Assembly: GCA_001643675.2 (NCBI GenBank)
Contig: LSRY02000016.1
Span: 310,001 to 374,000 of the forward strand
Source of the DNA: Monocercomonoides exilis PA203
Taxonomy: Eukaryota > Protista > Preaxostyla
Direction: 5' to 3'
DNA length: 64,000 nucleotides
Shown here: positions 58,421-64,000 of the stretch, one piece after another
How the letters are laid out: each line of letters opens with the position of its first letter
Numbering within the stretch: the first letter of the stretch is position 1
The notes under the pieces: generated by a model
The model's database searches: none
Told to the model about the DNA's origin: nothing
What the model saw: the letters and a program-made list of their open reading frames with translations, nothing else
Translations under genes and position numbers: made by a program

Positions 58421-59355
58421 AAAGGAGGAAGCAGAGAAAGAAGATGATTAGCACAACTGCCTTAAAACAACAGCTGGGATAGATGAACGGATATGGAATG
58501 TTGGATACGATGCTTCACTATTGACGGATCACTCGATGAATTTGACGAGTATTCCGTTTGTGTGGTGCAATTTTTTCAGGTTATTTGTTTTTTGCTTTGT
58601 TTTTTCTTTGGATATAGGTTTCTTTTGATTGGCCGAAATGAATATCGAATGGCAAATAAAATTATAACTTTTCCTCACTTCATTTGGAGCAATTCATCAA
58701 AAATCATCAAAATGAGAACCTTTTGCGAGAAATTAAGGAAAGCATCAATGAAACAAATATCCCTTCAACCGTATCCAAAAAATGAAGCCATGAATCAAAA
58801 AAAGATTATGTGGATATACTGATAGGATCTCCATTATTTTTAAAAACACTTTCTTGATTTGTTTTTTCTTTTATTCTCCAATCATTTTAAATAATTCAAT
58901 GCTATCAACTTTTTTTTTCTAATAATGTATTCACCTTGATGAGAAAGGACTTTTCTGATTGATATTTTCGTTATTGTTGATTATTCTTCGAGAAATAAGT
59001 TTCAATCACTTTTGAAATGAAATCATATCGGGAAGTGGGGACAAAACGAAAAGTTAAAAATATTAATGAAGAAGTTATTAATATCAGTAACTTTGATTAA
59101 CAAGCGTTTATGCGATATTGAAACTGGTAAATTTTTTGTGTTATAAAAAAGAATTTAAAATAAACCCATTTCAAAAATTCACTTGAAATAAAAATCCTTT
59201 TAAAAATCATTCTTGAATCAAAAATCTTGATAAAACGAAGAAATAAAGCAGGTTTGATCCTCGATAATGAGTTTAAGATTCATTTTTTGAGTCAATTCAA
59301 TGATAGCTTCACTTATTCTTTAACTTCTTTTCTATCATTTTGTGCGCACTTTGAA

Positions 59356-60561
59356 ATGGAACAAGAACCTGTTTGATTGAGAAACAAAGATGGAAAAGAA
59401 AAAAACTTTGATCTTGCACACAGACTACAAAGAGTGGAAAACATGATCGAAGAATGCAAAAGAAGAAGAACGTGGTTAACATTATTCGGAGCTACAGATA
59501 AGATACAGATGAAAAAGGAGAAGAGAGAGCGACAGGAGAGAAGATCCTAGTCGAAATCAAGCGATTCGGATTCCAAAACAAATTCTCAGAATTTGATCGC
59601 AAGAAAAAAACAAAAGCAAGTTGATGGATCGTCGCACATATAGCCAGATGAAAAAGATCTGATGAAGAAGATGACAGGGATTGGGATTTTGAAGATCAAG
59701 AGACACTGGAAGATGAAGAGAGATCATATAACAATGTGAGAATTTTTCCCATGGTATGATTGTCATTTTGAATGCAAGCTGGATCGATCAGAATGAGCGA
59801 GAATATCTATAATTTTCTTATTCCTGAAAGCGAAGAAGATTTTTTCACTGGACACACAGATGCAACCTGGAATGCGCTGGCCAGGACAACTATAGCAGAG
59901 AAGGGGAGAAGAGACTCACCAAAAGCGAGCCGAGCAATCGAACTCCTCCAACAGGACCTCGAATAGGGCTTTGAATCAGCGAAAGCGATCTCAGCACAAA
60001 CAGCAAAGGAATTATGGAAGGCTTTCCTCATGGAAGAAGAGAAAGAGCGACTGACTGGGCTTTTTCTGCGCTTATGCGCTTATCGCCGACTGTATCAGCA
60101 GAATAAACTTACTGAAAGTTATTCCTCAATCGGGTTGGGATAGCGCGAAAGGCTTTTTAGAAGGAGGAATGTCTAAGGAAGTGCCGGAGAACCTGAGAAA
60201 ACTGGTGGAGAGCACTAGCTTTTTTCAAGCAGAGGGAGATGCAGCAGGATACGGTGCATCTCCCGACTCCACAACCGGTTTCGGGCCCACAATAGCCAGA
60301 GGGGGACTTCCGAGAAGATACAGTTCGGGAAGGAGCACCAAAGGATTTGTATACAGACAGCTCCAGAGAAGAGGATACGGCAGGAGCTTCACAGACTTCA
60401 AAGGAAAGAAGAGAACACCCCAGTTTCAAGCACAGTTTGTTCCAACGATCGCTGGGAGGCTAGCCCCTATCATTGGACCATTGCCCCCAGCCCCCTCAAG
60501 GACCCAAGGAGGGACAGCGATGGAACCATCAATCAAATCCAACAAGTGGTCTCAGGAGTAG
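59356..60561 (+). pseudogene. Disrupted gag-like ORF1 of the DIRS element
   Basis: Purine-rich fragmented reading frame from ATG 59356, ending in an Arg/Gly-rich basic segment (RGGLPRRYSSGRSTKGFVYRQLQRRGYGRS) directly upstream of pol. Assignment is positional. Confidence 0.5.
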
Positions 60562-62906
60562 AGAGGCAGAGGAGAGAGAGAGCCGCGCTTTGCCGCGAGA
60601 CAGAGAGAGAAGGGAGAGAAGCAAAGCTCAGCGAAATGAATATACGACGAGAAACCGTAGCACCGGGCGAGAAGCGATCAGAGATGGAAATGCAGAAACA
60701 ACAGATGAACGTCAGAGAGACTCTGAGCTCGTTAGACCAAAGAAAGGAGAGAGAACGAGAAATTTCGGGGGATTCTGCGAGAGAGATATCGATAGAAGAT
60801 GTGCGACACGAGACAACGAGAACAGGAGGAGACTCCGAATATCCCCGAGTGACTGGACAGAAGAGCGAGATGAGGAACGAGAAGGAGAAAGAGAGGGGAG
60901 TCTGAAGAGCTTTTGGGACTGTTATCGAGCCCCCAATTGGAAGCACTTTGGAGGAGTGCTCGAAGACAGTTATTGCAGACATTTTCGAAGGAGAAGGGAA
61001 TACACAGATGCAGCATGGCTACAAGGCGCCAGAAGTGAAGAGGAGCCTCGCGAGTGAACCACTGAAGGAGCCACTTCCTGGGAGACTGATGAACAGACTG
61101 AGCGAGTGGAAGAAGATTGGGGGAGACAAACTAGTGAGCCGTGGAATTAGAGCTCGATGGATAAGTCCCTAGTCCCCAATCTCGCTCGAGGAGAGAAAAC
61201 ACAAGCAGGAGTTTCTGGGGACAATAAAAATGATTAACAATTATTTATTCCTCTTGGAAAAGGAATTGAAGGACGGAGTGGTGAAGCCCGTGCCAGAGTC
61301 TGATGCGAAGTGGTTCAACCAGACATTCATGGTGATAATGAAGAACGGAAAGTTGAGAAAGATCTTGGATAACAGGGCTCAGAACGAGGAAGAACCGGGA
61401 AAACACTTTTTGAAGGATTCCCAGGAGACAGTTGTGGAACTCCTGGAGGAGAACGACTGGATGACAACTATGGACATATCGAGTGCTTATCAACATGTCA
61501 AAGTGGACGAGCAATTCAGTCCCTATCTGTGCTTCAGCTTTCAAAATCAAGCCTATTCATTCATAGGGATGCCCTTTGGAGCAAAGGACGCGCCCAGAGT
61601 TTTAACGAAGATAATAAGACGTGTGGCGTCATATATCAGAGAAAAGTGGAAGGTGAACCTTGTAATATATCTGGATGATATTCTCCTCATGCACCCAGAC
61701 AGGGAAGTTTTGAGATCGATCTCACAGGAGATAGCCCAGTTCCTGAGGAATCTGGGTTGGATTCTTTCGGAGGAGAAGCTGAGTTTGAAACACACAAGGA
61801 GTGGGGAGTTTTTGGGATGGAGTTGGAACTCAGAGAAGATGGAAGTGACGCTCCAAGAGAGGAAGAGAGTGCTGCTGCTAGAGGACGTGCGAAAATGGAT
61901 AGCACATGCAAAGGAAAGAAGGAGACAAAGGACGAGGGACCTAGCAGCACTCCTCGGGAGGTTGAATTTCGTGAGGTAACAACACCCTCCAGCGAGCTTG
62001 TGGATGAAGCGCATGCAATACGTGCTGAGGCAGGCAATAGCCCGCGGAGGCTGGAACGGGACGGTGAGACCCAACCCAATGATGTTGGGAGAATTAACAC
62101 ATTGGAGAAAGGTCCTGCAAGAGAACAGACGAAGGAGTCTGAAGAGAAGAGCAAAGCCAGCAGAGTTAATGACAGACGCGTCAGAGCTGGGATGGGGTGC
62201 AGTGCAAACAAAACCGAGGGAGAACAAAGAGGAGTAGATTTATGTCCACGGAAGTTGGACCTGCCAAGAGAGTGCGTTTCGATCAACGAGAAGGAGTCCA
62301 GAGCAGTGTTGAGGACTTAAGAAAGGAAAGGAGCTTGGCTGCAACAACAGAAGATCGACCATATTTGTCTGAGGACAGACAATATGTCCACGAGATGGAC
62401 GATACTGAAGAAGACAGGAGCGCCATCGCTCATTCCAACACTGAGAGCATTAAAGAAGAAACTGAACAGTCTAGACATTACAATACAAATGGAACACCTC
62501 CCGGGAGAACAGAACACGGAAGCAGATGCACTCCGCCAGATGGAGAGATAACCGGACTACGCACTGAGAGGTAAGAAAGTTGCAGAGATATTTCAAACAA
62601 TCGCACCGAGAACATTAGACACAATTTCAGAGCCCATTGCGCCGGTGCCCTGCGGAAGAGTTTGGAGGCTATCCTCCGTGAGAAGGAAGAGAGAGAGAGA
62701 GAGAAATACAAGAAAACGAGATAGTGCTTGTCCACCAGTTCCTGAGAAATATTGGATGGGTGTTGAAAGAGAAGATGAACGAAGCTCAGAGGGAACTAAC
62801 GATTCTGATTCTGCCAGCCCGGAGTGGGCAGACCTGGACCCCACTACTGCAGCCTGGGCATTTGACAAAGACCCTGGGGACTTTTCAGGAGTGCATGATA
62901 CCGTGA
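60546..62906 (+). pseudogene. DIRS pol: reverse transcriptase, RNase H and methyltransferase-like remnant, disrupted
   Basis: PGRLMNRLSEWKKIG, KNGKLRKILDNR, TMDISSAYQHV, MPFGAKDAPRVLTK, IYLDD, FLGW and LAALLGRLNF. RNase H motifs LMTDASELGWGA, INEKE, LRTDN and HLPGEQNTEADAL. Then ILILPARSGQTWTPLL. Stops at ~61170, 61977, 62235, 62318 and 62549, plus frameshifts. Confidence 0.9.
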
Positions 62907-63121
62907 GCGAAGATGAGAAGGGAAGGCTGGAAATTACACACAGGAGAGGTGACAAGCATCACACTGGAGAAGAAAATACTTTAGGAAGAGACCTCTTCTT
63001 TGCATGGGAAGAACACGTTGGAGTAAAGGTCATAGCAGCAGCAATACTATGAAATCAAAAGAGTGAAAGAGATACGTGGAGAGCGCTGCGAAGATTTAAG
63101 CGATTCCTGGATAGAGAGAGC

Positions 63122-64000
63122 ATGGATGGCACTGACCCCCTCACAACCAAAAACGCCAAATGGATAATGGCAGAGTTTATTGAAACACTCTCGAATACGA
63201 ACCTCTCAAGCGGAGTGATTCATCAGACAGTACGGAAAGTTCTGGATTCCATTACCCTTTTTAGGGATATTGAGATTGATCGAAAGGACATAGAAATATT
63301 TCTAAAAACCTATGTGGGAGATAAGCCGAGAAGAGGCAAGAGATACAAATCAATGTGGGACTTGACAATCATTACGATATGGGCTGAAACCACAAACAAC
63401 GCAAAGGATATACGAACGCTCCAGATGAGAGCCCTCATCCTCACTATGATTTTTGGAGCTTTAAGACCAGCTGAGTTTGAGAGAATGAGAAGTGATACTG
63501 CATTATTCAGAGAGAACACTGCACTGACGTAAGTTCAGACAAAGATAACACGAGGGGAGATTTTTTCAGTCGTTATTAAAAGGCATCTTAACCCACGTAT
63601 CTATCCAGAAGAAGCGTTCCAATGATGGATAGATTATGCCAGGACAACTTTTGAAAATGAACATGTGTGGTTTGATATTAATGAGAATCAACCTGAAAAT
63701 TTGCAGAGAATAAAGGAAAAGTTAACGGCATCTCTTCGAGAGAACGGAATACCTGAAACATTCACCACATCCTCGATAAGACATAAAGTGGAAACACACT
63801 TAGCTAAACTTGAAGGTGCAGATTGGAAATAGATCAATGATCGAGCGAGCTTGACTCCAGGTTCAAGACTTAACCCAGAAAATTAAACAGTTTCACCGGT
63901 TCAATATACGAAATGGATCCTTGATACAATCGGTGACCCAGTACCCCCTTGGGGAGAAGCAGACAAGTCGGAGAAGGATAGTGAAAAGAAGGATATGATA
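63122..64000 (+). pseudogene. DIRS tyrosine recombinase, disrupted
   Basis: YKSMWDL and RALILTMIFGALRPAEFERM (catalytic Arg). After stop 63530 the same frame continues VQTK (Lys), GIPETFTTSSIRH (xxxR box II) and INDRASLTPGSRLNPEN*, with a stop near the expected catalytic Tyr. Confidence 0.82.

Larger units (their letters stand above)
59356..64000 (+). mobile_element. Degenerate DIRS1-like tyrosine-recombinase retrotransposon; 3' end beyond the window, 5' boundary approximate
   Basis: Ordered gag-like region, RT, RNase H, methyltransferase-like remnant and tyrosine recombinase in overlapping frames. No DDE integrase or protease. Many stops and frameshifts. Confidence 0.88.

Noticed and set aside
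13749-64000. In-frame TAA/TAG in the mariner and DIRS as evidence of a TAR=Gln genetic code, as in some oxymonads
   Set aside because: Host genes end in TAA or TAG and have multi-kb frames free of TAR. The elements also contain TGA stops and frameshifts and use CAA/CAG for Gln, consistent with ordinary decay.
46174-64000. Diversity-generating retroelement (RT next to a variable receptor)
   Set aside because: The RT has the DIRS context (RNase H, YR) and is broken. I saw no template/variable repeat pair differing at adenines.

Overview
Eukaryotic protist genomic DNA using the standard genetic code, with AT-rich intergenic regions and short GT-AG introns. Gene style and content suggest an oxymonad or metamonad flagellate such as Monocercomonoides (inference). 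Contents in order: (1) a 5'-truncated axonemal inner-arm dynein heavy chain; (2) a 4 kb intergenic region holding a decayed DD34D mariner with intact TIRs and TA TSD, two small palindromic MITE-like elements and a near-perfect 419-bp foldback element; (3) the intron-containing genes MED6 and UFC1, then tRNA-Ser(TGA); (4) a ~6000-aa ULP2/SENP-like C48 protease whose catalytic triad is split by a ~2050-aa insertion; (5) CTR9; (6) a ~4080-aa type I membrane receptor with a compositionally foreign N-terminal beta-helix cassette, eight Cys-motif repeats and a pseudokinase tail, broken by about 10 clustered deletion-type frameshifts; (7) a degenerate DIRS-type tyrosine-recombinase retrotransposon running off the window end. 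All nine introns I could reconstruct have a GTT donor (six GTTTG), and four have AAG acceptors.
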